A stretch of DNA of 64,000 nucleotides from an uncultured delta proteobacterium (GCA_963743525.1 CAVUQH010000003.1:160001-224000); one strand, 5' to 3'; shown: positions 1 to 10,432, counted from the first letter of the stretch. Numbers and translations: made by a program. The notes: generated by a model from the sequence alone, not told the origin.

Positions 1-553
1 TGCGCACCACCGCTTCGCGCGGCCACAGCGTGCCGGTGGGATTGTTGGGCCGGGCGAAGAAGGCGACGTTGGGCCGGTGTTCGGTCATCGCCCGATCGAG
101 CGCCGCCTCGTCGAGCTCGAACGCCGGACCCAGCGGCACTTCCACCGGGTCGACGCCGGCCCACAGGCTGGCCAGGCGGTAGACCGAGAAGGTCGGTCCC
201 GGGAACAGCGCGGTCGCCCGCTCGCGCCCGGCGCGCGGCGCCGACAACAGCGACAGCAAGATCGCGATCAGCTCGTCGGAGCCGTTGCCGAACACCAGCT
301 GCTCGGGAGCGATGTCGTGGCGGCGGGCCAGCGTGTTGCGCAGGCGCCCGCAGTCGGCCACCGGGTAGCGGTTGAGCGGCACGTGCGACAGCTCGATGCC
401 CAGCGCCTCGGCGACGTCGCCGGGCAGGGCGAACGGTGACTCGTTGGCGTCGAGCTTGGCCCGGATCTGCTCGGGCGCCGGCACCTCGTAGGCGGCCAGC
501 GCGCGCAGCTCCGGCCGCACCAGCGCGGTCAGCGGATCGTCCCGGTCGTCCAT
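1..553 (-). CDS. hisC: Histidinol-phosphate aminotransferase (3' end runs off the window)
   Basis: Manual translation from ATG 553: MDDRDDPLTALVRPELRALAAYEVP..KLDANESPF..LNRYP..VFGNGSDELI..PTFSVY..RPNNPTG, which are class I/II aminotransferase HisC motifs; lies directly after hisD. Confidence 0.9.
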   Translation of the reverse strand, partial: MDDRDDPLTALVRPELRALAAYEVPAPEQIRAKLDANESPFALPGDVAEALGIELSHVPLNRYPVADCGRLRNTLARRHDIAPEQLVFGNGSDELIAILLSLLSAPRAGRERATALFPGPTFSVYRLASLWAGVDPVEVPLGPAFELDEAALDRAMTEHRPNVAFFARPNNPTGTLWPREAVVR

Positions 554-557
554 CGGC

Positions 558-1860
<1,303 letters not shown>

Positions 1861-1867
1861 GGGAAAC

Positions 1868-2536
1868 CTACTTCTTCTCGATCTTCTTGCCGGTCTTGTC
1901 CGAGTCGTACTTGTCCCATTGCGGGGTCGGGTTGTCCGGATCGTACGGCTGGTCGTCGTCGTCGCCCTTGTCATCTGGGGCGTCAACTCCCGGCGGGAGG
2001 GGGCCTTCGAGCATGCCCGACTGGAGGCGCGATGGGTAGCGCTTGGCGTAATCGGCGACCAATGACTTGGGCACCTTGTCGATGCCGGGGCCACCGATCT
2101 TGACCACGTGGGCCCTGGCGGCCCAGATGGCCCACTTCTCGCCGTGACCGTCGATCAGGAACACCCGGGCGCCGCCCAGCTTGTGCTCCTCGACGGTGTA
2201 GCCCTCTTCCTGGGCCAGCCGGCGAGCGAACTTCACCACCGCCCGCTCGATGCCGACATCCTTCTGGTAGCGGGTGACGAAGGCGTTGACCACGTCACGA
2301 TCCTCGACCCGGCCCCGCTTGAGCGCCTCGCCGAAGACGTAGCTGGCGGTAAAGGCCACCGCCTTGTTCTTGGGCACCCAGACCTCGACGTCCAGGAGGC
2401 GCTGGGATCGGCGGTATTTCCACGCTCCCAGGTCCCGGTCGAGGATTCCCTTGGCCGGCGGCGGCGGAGTACCGCCGCAGGCTGCCAAAATGGCGGGAAT
2501 GAGCGCGATGGCGACCGCTGCGGAGCGCCGGAGCAT
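1868..2536 (-). CDS. Hypothetical lipoprotein
   Basis: MLRRSAAVAIALIPAILAACGG lipobox; host-like codon usage; TATCTT box 7 nt upstream. Confidence 0.75.
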   Translation of the reverse strand: MLRRSAAVAIALIPAILAACGGTPPPPAKGILDRDLGAWKYRRSQRLLDVEVWVPKNKAVAFTASYVFGEALKRGRVEDRDVVNAFVTRYQKDVGIERAVVKFARRLAQEEGYTVEEHKLGGARVFLIDGHGEKWAIWAARAHVVKIGGPGIDKVPKSLVADYAKRYPSRLQSGMLEGPLPPGVDAPDDKGDDDDQPYDPDNPTPQWDKYDSDKTGKKIEKK

Positions 2537-2579
2537 CAGTCCGAAGATACTACGAACCGGCCCTCGGCGTTTCTGGGCG

Positions 2580-2607
2580 TTGACAGGATCGCGCCGATTT
2601 ATATAGT
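2580..2607 (+). promoter_or_regulatory. sigma70-type promoter of metK (leaderless)
   Basis: TTGACA-N16-TATAGT, then 6 nt to the ATG at 2614; no SD. Confidence 0.7.
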
Positions 2608-2613
2608 CCGTCG

Positions 2614-3862
2614 ATGGCAAACTTCCTGTTCACCTCCGAATCGGTGACGGAGGGTCACCCGGACAAGGTCTGTGACCAGGTCTCCGATTCGATCCTCGAC
2701 GCGATCATCGCCCAGGACCCGGCTTGCCGGGTCGCGTGTGAGACGTTCACCAAAACCGGGTTCGTCCTCGTCGGCGGCGAGATCACGACGAGCTGCTACG
2801 TGGACATCCCGACGATCGTCCGCGCGACGATCAAGGACATCGGCTACAACGCCAGCGCCATGGGTTTCGACTGGGAGACCTGCGGCGTGATGACCGCGAT
2901 CGAACAGCAGTCGCCCGACATCGCCCGCGGTGTCGACCGCGGCGACCCGGCCAAGCAGGGCGCCGGCGACCAGGGCCTGATGTTCGGCTACGCCTGCGAC
3001 GACACCAAGGAGCTGATGCCGCTGCCGATCCAGCTGGCTCACGCCCTGGCGTTGCGCCTGGCCAAGGTGCGCAAGAAGCAGACGGACGGCATCGACTGGC
3101 TGCGCCCCGACGGCAAGACCCAGGTGTCGGTCCGCTACGAGAACGACGAGCCGGTGGCGATCGACGCCATCGTCGTGTCGACGCAGCACGGTCCCGAGGC
3201 GACCAAGAAGCAGATCACCGAGGCGATGATGGAGCTGGTGGTCAAGCCGACCGTGCCCAAGAAGCTCATCTCGGACAAGACCAAGTTCCACATCAACCCG
3301 ACCGGTCGCTTCGTCATCGGCGGGCCGCAGGGCGACTCCGGTCTCACCGGCCGCAAGATCATCGTCGACACCTACGGCGGCTTCGCCCGCCACGGCGGCG
3401 GCGCCTTCTCCGGCAAGGACCCGAGCAAGGTCGACCGCTCGGCCACCTACTACGCCCGCTACATCGCCAAGAACGTGGTCGCCGCTGGCCTCGCTCGCCG
3501 CTGCGAAGTCCAGCTCGCCTACGCCATCGGCGTGGCCAAGCCGGTCTCCATGCTGGTCAACACCTTCGGCACCGGCACCGTCTCGGACGAGAAGATCTCC
3601 AAGGCCGTCGCCCGCGTCTTCGACGCCCGCCCCGGCATGCTCATCCCCGAGCTCGACCTGCTCCGCCCCATCTTCCGCAAGACCGCGGCGTACGGCCACT
3701 TCGGCCGCAGCGACAAGGACTTCACCTGGGAGCAGACCGACCGGGTCGACCTCCTGCGCCAGGCCGCCGGCTCGACCAACGGCGTGCACAAGAAGAACGG
3801 CGTCTCCCAACCCCGCCGCACCGGCGGCAAGAAGTCGAATCTCCCACACCGCGCGCGCCTAA
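2614..3862 (+). CDS. metK: S-adenosylmethionine synthetase (true stop probably TAA 3860-3862; the ORF track reads through to 4062 because of a likely +1 error near 3838)
   Basis: [71 protein letters not shown]; a terminator-like hairpin at 3885-3913 lies inside the read-through tail. Confidence 0.95.
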
Positions 3863-3884
3863 CCGCCCGCCGAACGATCAGCCA

Positions 3885-3913
3885 GGGGGTGTCGAGCAAG
3901 CCTCGACACCCCC
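3885..3913 (+). terminator. Hairpin after metK
   Basis: GGGGGTGTCGAG-caagc-CTCGACACCCCC, perfect 12-bp stem; no clear U-tract. Confidence 0.6.
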
Positions 3914-4048
3914 GGTCCCGTTTCGGCCCCCCTCCCATCCCGCTCGTCGCCCGCAGCCCGTTCGTGCCCCGCGCCCCCGCGTTCGGCTGCCGCCGATCCC
4001 GTTCGGCGCCCGCAGCCCACCGCCCCCGCTCGTCCCAAGCCCGTAGTG

Positions 4049-4100
4049 CCCGCTCGTCCTGAGCGAAGCCCGCGCATCGCGCGGGCGGAGTCGAAGGACG
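4049..4100. repeat. REP-like palindromic element
   Basis: CGTCCTGAGC..GCCCGCGC-atc-GCGCGGGC..GTCGAAGGACG nested stems; degenerate CCCG(C/T)TCG copies upstream at 3917-4035. Confidence 0.5.
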
Positions 4101-4142
4101 CACCCTACGCGCTTCCCCCGCGCTACAGCGAGTCGCGGGACC

Positions 4143-4336
4143 CCGTGCGCGGGCTGCGGGCGTGTTGGTCGGTTTGCGGGATACGCTCGCTCAGGCCGGC
4201 GGCGCTACGCGCCGGCGGCACATGCTCGCTCGGCGCTCCGTTGGCATCCGGCCGCTGCGCGGCCGGAGCACTCCGCGACGATCCCGAAACCGACCAACAT
4301 CCCTCCGCCCGCATCCACACCAAACCCGGCGCACGG
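4143..4336. repeat. ~195-nt long imperfect fold-back element (MITE/REPIN-like or structured RNA)
   Basis: Arms pair at 4143-4150/4329-4336, 4155-4162/4306-4313 and 4163-4182/4281-4299, enclosing two GC hairpins. Confidence 0.55.
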
Positions 4337-4353
4337 ATGGACCCCGAACACGC

Positions 4354-4400
4354 CTAGAATCGCACTCTAGAGGTCAGGGGTTCGAGACCCCTCAGCTCCA
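4354..4400 (+). pseudogene. 3' half of tRNA-Ala(CGC), attachment-site fragment
   Basis: CTAGA-ATCGCAC-TCTAG anticodon arm, AGGTC, AGGGG-TTCGAGA-CCCCT T-arm, CAGCTCCA acceptor strand; no 5' acceptor strand or D-arm upstream; adjacent to an integrase. Confidence 0.85.
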
Positions 4401-4406
4401 CGGAAT

Positions 4407-4444
4407 GAAGAGCGGTTTCGCGAGGTTCGCGAAGCCGCTTTTTC
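4407..4444 (+). terminator. Intrinsic terminator after the tRNA fragment (possibly bidirectional, also serving the integrase)
   Basis: GAAGAGCGGTTTCGCGA-ggt-TCGCGAAGCCGCTTTTTC. Confidence 0.75.
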
Positions 4445-4511
4445 GTTGCAGGTCGCTGGGGAACGAAATGAGTCGTTTCCTTCCCCGCGTTCCGCGTTGT
4501 CGTCGTGGCGA

Positions 4512-5567
4512 TCATCGCTTGCCTCCCGCAAGCACCCGCAGCACCTGGCGCTGCTTGGCCCGCGTTACGGCCTCGGGCTTGGCGTAGCTTTGCGCCGTCG
4601 TCGCGAACGACTCGTGACCCAGTGCATCCGCCACCGCGTGAGCGCTCATGCCGGCATCCACGGCCAGCGTCGAGTGAAGCCCACGCATGCTGTGCGCCGA
4701 CACCAACGGGACATCAACCTCCCTGCAGATGCGTTGCACCCACAGCCGCGGCCAATCCCGCCAGTGCTCGCCAAACAGCTTCGCCGCCGGCGTCTTGTCC
4801 TCGGCCAGCTTGCGCAGATACGGCTGCAGCACCTCGGGAACCTGCACAGTCCGACGACCCTTCGCCGTCTTCGCGTCCGGGATCCAAAGGAGCCTGCCCT
4901 CGTCGTCGAGGTCGCGCACCACCCGGCTGATCACCTCCGACGCCCTCATTCCCATGAGTAGCGTCATCAGTGCCGCCACCGCTCCGTCCTGACCAGCATC
5001 CGCATGCTCGATCGCCTTCGCGATCCACCTGCGGGCCTCGTCGATCCGAAGCTGCGGCTTGCCGTGCTGGCGCCGTCCAACACCTTCCACCTTCTCCAGC
5101 GCGTTGGCCTGCGCCCAGCCCTTCTTCACGCACCACTTCAGGAACGTCCGCGCCTCGGCCAGCGAGTTGCGGTGGTAGTCCACCGACAGCTTCTTGCCGT
5201 TCTTGCGCTTCGTGTTCCGCAGCTGGTCGTACCAGCGCTGCCCCATCGCGGGACTGATCGCCGATACCTCCAGCTCGTGGTCGGGGAAGAACTTGCCGAG
5301 CTTCAGCAACGTCTGCTTGATGCTCGTCTCCTTGTTCCCCTTCTCGCGAAGATGTCGCTCGTACGCCTCCAACGCTTCCTCGACAGTTCGGTCAACGTCC
5401 AGCCCCAGCCGCTTCTTCAGCGCCGTGACCGCGCGCCGCGCTTGCCTTTCCGTCTCAAAGACCTGAGCAGCTCGCTCGCCTCCTCGTCCGACATGGACGA
5501 TTCTCCACTTTCCTCTGTTCCGATACGGTCCCAGGACTCGCTCCTGGTCCTTCTTTCGTCGCGCCAT
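4512..5567 (-). CDS. Tyrosine recombinase / phage integrase family
   Basis: Catalytic set present: MRASE (R), KTAK (K), HSMR (HxxR), LGH, QSY (Y); N-terminal arm-binding-like segment; GGAGG RBS. Confidence 0.92.
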   Translation of the reverse strand: MARRKKDQERVLGPYRNRGKWRIVHVGRGGERAAQVFETERQARRAVTALKKRLGLDVDRTVEEALEAYERHLREKGNKETSIKQTLLKLGKFFPDHELEVSAISPAMGQRWYDQLRNTKRKNGKKLSVDYHRNSLAEARTFLKWCVKKGWAQANALEKVEGVGRRQHGKPQLRIDEARRWIAKAIEHADAGQDGAVAALMTLLMGMRASEVISRVVRDLDDEGRLLWIPDAKTAKGRRTVQVPEVLQPYLRKLAEDKTPAAKLFGEHWRDWPRLWVQRICREVDVPLVSAHSMRGLHSTLAVDAGMSAHAVADALGHESFATTAQSYAKPEAVTRAKQRQVLRVLAGGKR

Positions 5568-5726
5568 TCACAAACCTCCTCCCTCCGGCGCGACGCAACG
5601 TCAGTCGCCGCGAGCGTAGCACTCGCCGTGAGTACCGAGATCACCTCGCCGGCCACCTTCCTGGCCAGCTGCTCCAGCTCGATCTCGCGCTCCCGCTTCA
5701 TCCACGCTTCGTACAGGGTGCTCATT
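5417..5726 (-). CDS. Small charged protein overlapping the integrase 5' end out of frame (possible directionality factor)
   Basis: MSTLYEAWMKREREIELEQLARKVAG.., preceded by GGAAGGG; ~150-nt overlap with int. Confidence 0.4.
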
Positions 5727-6237
5727 GCAGATCCCTTCCGGGGATCTGCTCGCGGAGCAGATCCCGGAAATGCCACTCACCCCGTAAATCTCCTGACTCG
5801 ACCCGATTACGCGCGGCCTTCGTCGATTCCTTCCAGTGCCCCGTCTCTTCGGGCGCGGATCAATGCTCCATTTATTGCCCATGGATTGCACCGCAGGTTT
5901 CGGCCATCCACGGGCCTCCCCGAAATCACGGGAGACTTTCGGGCAGCCGGCGCCGGAATTCGTGCATCGCACAAAGCGCTCTCTGCTCGAGCGCCGCGGG
6001 CGGCTGAACGAAGTGTGTGGCCTTCGCTCAGCGAGGCCCTAGTCGGAATGAACTCGAAGTCCGTTCGGACCAAGTCCGTACTTGGGTCCGACCCACGAAT
6101 CGAGGCACTGAAAGGGTTGGAATCCGACCAACGAGGACAGATTTCTGGCTTGGGGAGCCAAGGAGGCAACCGCAAGGGGGGCTCGTCCCGATAAAGGGAC
6201 ATGAGTTCGCAATCATCGTGTTATCGGAGGAGCCTCC

Positions 6238-8331
6238 ATGGCATGGCGTGACTGGCGAGATTGGGACGACTACGACCTTCAGTATCAGGACGAAGCGGCC
6301 CGGCTCGACCGGATCCGCCCACGCCTTGCGCCTGGAAAGCGTACGCTCACCAGCCGCATCATCCCGGTGCAGCGCAAGGCCAAGCCCCCAGCCGACGTCG
6401 CCGATCGCGAGGCAGCCGGCCCTAGCACTGCGGAGGTCCCCAGCGCAGGCGCGAGCATTCAGTTCGCGCCTGGTACGTACGATCCCTCCGGAGAAGCGCC
6501 GCCTCTTTTGGTCCAGTCCCAGGCGCGCGCGGATGGCGGAGGAAGCCGGGACCAGCAGATCGCTCGTGCAGGAACCAGTGGTCCAAGCACGCGCCTTCCG
6601 CATGCCGAACAGATCCAGAGCGCGTTTGGAAAGCACGACGTCTCCGGAGTGCGAGCGCACCTGGACGACGACGCAGCGGATGCTGCTGAGACGCTCGGTG
6701 CCGCAGCCTACGCGACTGGCGTGGACGTGGCCTTCGCGGGTCCGCCCAGCCTCCACACGGCGGCTCACGAGGCTGCTCACGTTGTACAGCAGCGCGCAGG
6801 TGTTCAGCTCGCCGGCGGATTCGGCGAGAGCGGCGATGCCTACGAACGCCACGCAGATGAGGTTGCCGACGCCGTGGTTGCAGGCCATTCGGCCGAGCCG
6901 ATCCTATCGCGCATGGCTGGCGGACCGGCCACCCAACCGACCGCTGTGCAACGCTCCGCTGCTACGACACCCACGAACGGCGCTGTGCAGTTCGACAAAT
7001 CCTCGTCGGCGTCGGCACGTCGGGGCAAGGACAAGCCGACACCCCACGCCGACGCGAGCGGGCAACTCACGGCCAAGGAACGACATACCCTGATCGCGGC
7101 GCAAAAAGCTCTCGAGAACGCGCGAAGCGGGCTGGTCGGAGCATCTCGGTCCGTCAAGACCTACTTCGACGAATCTGTCGCAGCGCTTCGCGCTTGCGAG
7201 GTCAACCTCTCGGTCCTCCAGATGGCGTTCGACCTAGCATGGGACACCCACGTCGCCGTGCTGCAATCGGCCAAGAAGCGTGCTGCTGAGCGGGCGGAGA
7301 TCATTGCGGCGGTATTCGGAAGTCTCACCGTGCTCGCGGGAGCAGCGAGTCTTGTGCTTCCCGAAGCGATCGGCATCAGTTCGTCGATCGAGGACGTCAA
7401 CGCGCTACTACCCAGCTCCTCGTCCGGTGGATGGCTCCGGGAGCCGGTCGATGGAATCGCCGGGGACGGAACCATCCCCGGGGCAGACCAGGAGACGAAG
7501 CGAGGCGGAGGAGCAAGCACAAGCTTGGACGTGCTGTTGGATGAGCCGAGCGTTGCAGAGATGCAGTCGCTGGACGCCGCCGCCCGCCTGCTGGAGTTGG
7601 CGCACCTCGTTCTCGACATTGCCGGTGCGTCATCGGAGATCAACAGTTCGACGGTGCGCGCGCTGTCTCTATATATGGACGTCACGACGTGTTTGCGAGA
7701 TGGCAAGGTTGAAGGCAAGGACCGAGCCGAGGTCCTCGCGCAAGCGACCGAGACAAAAGGCTTGCCCAAGGCAGTTCAGCAGCTAGTTCAAAAAGTGGGC
7801 AAGGCTAGGCTGCTGGAAGAGTCGATCGCGAACACCAAAGCCGCGATCGAGGCCGCGGTGCCGAAGTACGGCTACGACTACTTTCTCCACAAGATCTGGA
7901 TCGAGTGGATGGCACACCTGCGGGCTGAGAGCATCGGGGGGACAGGCCATTCAGCGGCTGCGTACTCGCGGACTGCCGATGTTCTCGATGAGGATCCGAT
8001 TGAGGACCACCTGCACCAGATCGGTGTGCTCGGAGAGGGTTCGGACCTGGGCGTCGACTTTGGAAGCTATACCTCCGACCGTGACGAGAACCATGCGGTC
8101 TGGGCCGCGCAGCACCAGGCGTTCGATGGCCGCATCGGCCGGGTAACGAAGTTCGATTGGGACAAATGCGTCGTCATCAAGGCTAACGGAGGTGAAGGCC
8201 ACACCGCCGAAGACGGATACGTTGTGGTCAAGACCGACCTCCCGGATGGCACGATGGTGCGGCTCCATTCTCACGGTGACGAGTGGAGCCTTGAACCCGT
8301 GTCCGATGAGCACAAAGATGCCGCCAAATAG
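6238..8331 (+). CDS. DUF4157 (eCIS core) domain protein, putative effector
   Basis: PGKRTLT and VQR motifs; [45 protein letters not shown] core; unknown helical C-terminus; GGAGGAG RBS. Confidence 0.85.
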   Translation: MAWRDWRDWDDYDLQYQDEAARLDRIRPRLAPGKRTLTSRIIPVQRKAKPPADVADREAAGPSTAEVPSAGASIQFAPGTYDPSGEAPPLLVQSQARADGGGSRDQQIARAGTSGPSTRLPHAEQIQSAFGKHDVSGVRAHLDDDAADAAETLGAAAYATGVDVAFAGPPSLHTAAHEAAHVVQQRAGVQLAGGFGESGDAYERHADEVADAVVAGHSAEPILSRMAGGPATQPTAVQRSAATTPTNGAVQFDKSSSASARRGKDKPTPHADASGQLTAKERHTLIAAQKALENARSGLVGASRSVKTYFDESVAALRACEVNLSVLQMAFDLAWDTHVAVLQSAKKRAAERAEIIAAVFGSLTVLAGAASLVLPEAIGISSSIEDVNALLPSSSSGGWLREPVDGIAGDGTIPGADQETKRGGGASTSLDVLLDEPSVAEMQSLDAAARLLELAHLVLDIAGASSEINSSTVRALSLYMDVTTCLRDGKVEGKDRAEVLAQATETKGLPKAVQQLVQKVGKARLLEESIANTKAAIEAAVPKYGYDYFLHKIWIEWMAHLRAESIGGTGHSAAAYSRTADVLDEDPIEDHLHQIGVLGEGSDLGVDFGSYTSDRDENHAVWAAQHQAFDGRIGRVTKFDWDKCVVIKANGGEGHTAEDGYVVVKTDLPDGTMVRLHSHGDEWSLEPVSDEHKDAAK

Positions 8332-8361
8332 CAGCAAGCTGGGGCCGCGCGGTGCACCGAT

Positions 8362-8868
8362 TCACGGAGCCGCGGGAACCGCAGGCTCTCGTATCTTGTG
8401 GCACTGCGGTGTGTCGAACACGTAGAACCGCCCATCGATCTCCATCACGTCATCGATGGTGATCTTGTACCGCTCGCTGTCCACAGAAACGTCGAATCTG
8501 GCTTCGCCGTGGCCTATGACCAGCGGGCAGCCCCCTTCCGGGGCTGGCTCGGCGCTGTATCCGTGTGGCGTAACCTTCCCCTTTGCCCAATCCAGCAAGT
8601 GCTGGCAGTCCGCGACACGCTGATCGAGGTCGTGCGCGATCTTGGGCAGCGCACGCAGGAACTTCGCCGACCATTTGCATGAGCGAGGGATGACCCGCGG
8701 TTCGGGGAGGAGTGTTCGATACGCGTCAGCGTTGCCGGCTCGAACTGCAGCAAAGGCGCGGTCTGCGAGCTCGTCTCTCGAGCTGGCGCCTGTCTTGTTG
8801 CTACTCGCGTCCTTGTGGGAGCAGCTACAAGCAACGGCACAGCCAATCACGCAGGCCAGCATTCGCAT
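8362..8868 (-). CDS. Hypothetical lipoprotein/exported protein
   Basis: Hydrophobic N-terminus with Cys (AVACSC); TATCGT box 7 nt upstream. Confidence 0.65.
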   Translation of the reverse strand: MRMLACVIGCAVACSCSHKDASSNKTGASSRDELADRAFAAVRAGNADAYRTLLPEPRVIPRSCKWSAKFLRALPKIAHDLDQRVADCQHLLDWAKGKVTPHGYSAEPAPEGGCPLVIGHGEARFDVSVDSERYKITIDDVMEIDGRFYVFDTPQCHKIREPAVPAAP

Positions 8869-8989
8869 TGGCGAGACGATAGCACCATTGCGTGTTCATG
8901 TTCGGTCAACCTCCGAGCCTTCGCGCGACGCATCCATGCGCCGCATGCACGGGAGTCCCTTAGAAGACCCTCCGAGTATGAAGTGGCGC

Positions 8990-9231
8990 CCACGTCAAGA
9001 CGCACGTCGGTCGTGGCGAATGCGCGATTCGCCGACGTCGCCTACAGTCGCCGCGCCTCACGTAACGAGCTGTCTCAATCGAGTATCCGCGATCGAAGTC
9101 GCACAGGTTGAAGTCCGTCGGCGGGTCGCTATCGGTCCGACGAGGTCGTACAGCCCTCTCGGAGGTCTCCGCGATCACCACCTCTGGACAGCCGTTACGG
9201 GTGCAGCAGCATCCGAGAGCTTTGCTTTGCG
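8990..9231 (-). ncRNA. Putative bridge/seek RNA in the IS1111-type right end
   Basis: ~250-nt non-coding segment between the tnp stop and the IR, with stems (CTCTCGGA..TCCGAGAG, GGCGAAT..ATTCGCC) and GATCGCGGA twice; position matches the IS1111 layout; RNA ends not determined. Confidence 0.6.
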
Positions 9232-10254
9232 CTAGGCCTGTAACTGCAACGGCATTCCTCCCGACCGGCCGGGCTGATAGCTGGTTCCGTCGCGCCACAG
9301 TGCGTACAGGATTCCTGCCAGCTTGCGCGCAAGCGCAACCGTGGCGACGAATTTGCCGCGGCGTTGTTCGATCCCTCGAGCCCAGAGCATCATCGGCTGC
9401 GGGGTTCTCACCCGGCGCACGGCCCACGCGGCTTGAATCAGTACGCGTCGCACTGCCGACGCGCCCGCTTTCGTGATCCCCAGACGATGCTGTTTCGCGG
9501 AGCTTTGCTTCTCGCCCGGAACGAGGCCCAGATACGACTCGAGCTGGTGTGCGTTGGAGAAGCGACCCACGTCGTCGATTGCCGCGGCAAAGCGAACCGC
9601 TGTGACCGGACCTACTCCAGGGACCGTGCAGAGCCTCCGGAGAAGCGCATCGTGATCGACGAGCTCCTTGAGCTCCTGATCGGCTACGCGAATCTCTTCG
9701 GTCAGCTGTTCGATGCTCCGCAGTAGACGTTCGGTGTAGGCGGGCACCACGCTTGCGGCGCGGCGCACCCTCGTAGGGAAACTCGCGGTCGCCCCGGCTC
9801 GCACGCGGATCGCCTGGCCACGCATCCAGCCGCGCACGCAGTTGATGAGTTGCGTTCGAGCGCCGATGAGCTGCTCGCGCATTCGGCACATCGTTTTTCG
9901 ATCTCGCGAGACTTGCCTCGGCACGTGAACGCTCGGCAGATCCACGCGGCACGAAACCTCGCTGAGAATCCGCGCATCTCGCTTGTCGGTCTTGAGGTTG
10001 CGCGAACCCACGCCCAGACTTCTCACCAACGACGCCGGTACCACGCGGACCTCGTGTCCGAGCTCTAGTGCCATGTCCGCTACGCCAAACGCCTCCGCGC
10101 ACGTCTCGACCACAACCCTGCACCTGCTTCGACCCTTCAGATATCGCCGCAACGTCCGTGTTGCGTGCTTCCGTTCCTCCACGATGTCGCCCCCCTCCGA
10201 GCGCACGCAGATTTGTGATTCCCTTCCACCCAGATCGATCGCAATATGCTCCAC
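9232..10254 (-). CDS. IS110 family DEDD recombinase/transposase
   Basis: AIDLG, VVET, KTDKRDA (RuvC-like DEDD); VPGVGP; YLGLVPGEKQSS (catalytic Ser); ARKLA. Confidence 0.95.
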   Translation of the reverse strand: MEHIAIDLGGRESQICVRSEGGDIVEERKHATRTLRRYLKGRSRCRVVVETCAEAFGVADMALELGHEVRVVPASLVRSLGVGSRNLKTDKRDARILSEVSCRVDLPSVHVPRQVSRDRKTMCRMREQLIGARTQLINCVRGWMRGQAIRVRAGATASFPTRVRRAASVVPAYTERLLRSIEQLTEEIRVADQELKELVDHDALLRRLCTVPGVGPVTAVRFAAAIDDVGRFSNAHQLESYLGLVPGEKQSSAKQHRLGITKAGASAVRRVLIQAAWAVRRVRTPQPMMLWARGIEQRRGKFVATVALARKLAGILYALWRDGTSYQPGRSGGMPLQLQA

Positions 10255-10369
10255 GGCTGCCCCCTTTGCCTGCGTCTCTGAACGCGTTGATTTTTCGAGA
10301 GGTCATCTTCGACCACCTCGGTTAGCAATGGGTCAGCCACTTCATCCAATCTGTCGCGGACTCTCCGCG

Positions 10370-10407
10370 ACAACGGCTTCGCCAACCTGGCGAGGCCGTT
10401 GTTTTTT
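10370..10407 (+). terminator. Intrinsic terminator (possibly bidirectional)
   Basis: ACAACGGCTTCGCCA-acc-TGGCGAGGCCGTTGT followed by a T-run. Confidence 0.75.
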
Positions 10408-10432
10408 CGGCCGGCTGTCCGAGTCGGGCCGC

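Larger units (their letters stand above)
8976..10354 (-). mobile_element. IS110 family, IS1111-type insertion sequence
   Basis: Sub-terminal inverted repeats ATGAAGTGGC (8978-8987) / GCCACTTCAT (10336-10345); GT dinucleotide at both junctions (8976-8977, 10353-10354); short 5' end and long 3' non-coding end. Confidence 0.85.
4354..10410. mobile_element. Integrative element / genomic island remnant
   Basis: tRNA 3' fragment, tyrosine integrase and cargo with visibly lower GC3 than the flanks; host-like codon usage resumes at 10433. Right boundary is inferred. Confidence 0.6.

Noticed and set aside
3863..4062. C-terminal extension of MetK in the ORF track
   Set aside because: Low-complexity read-through across a terminator-like hairpin and repeats; removing one base gives a stop at 3860-3862
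4143..4400. Intron-split tRNA or 6S RNA
   Set aside because: No 5' acceptor strand or D-arm found upstream; the fold-back lacks an evident 6S-type central bubble. An Rfam search would be needed to exclude it fully
5780..6230. ORFs and small hairpins between the integrase and the DUF4157 gene
   Set aside because: No coding bias or recognisable motif; hairpins are too short to support an RNA call
9156..9174. CTCGGAGG/TCCGCGA matches to the IS flanks as guide sequences
   Set aside because: Short GC-rich matches, and one lies within a predicted stem; cannot be separated from chance without covariation data
4512..10254. Prophage or defence island
   Set aside because: No virion, replication, conjugation or recognisable defence genes
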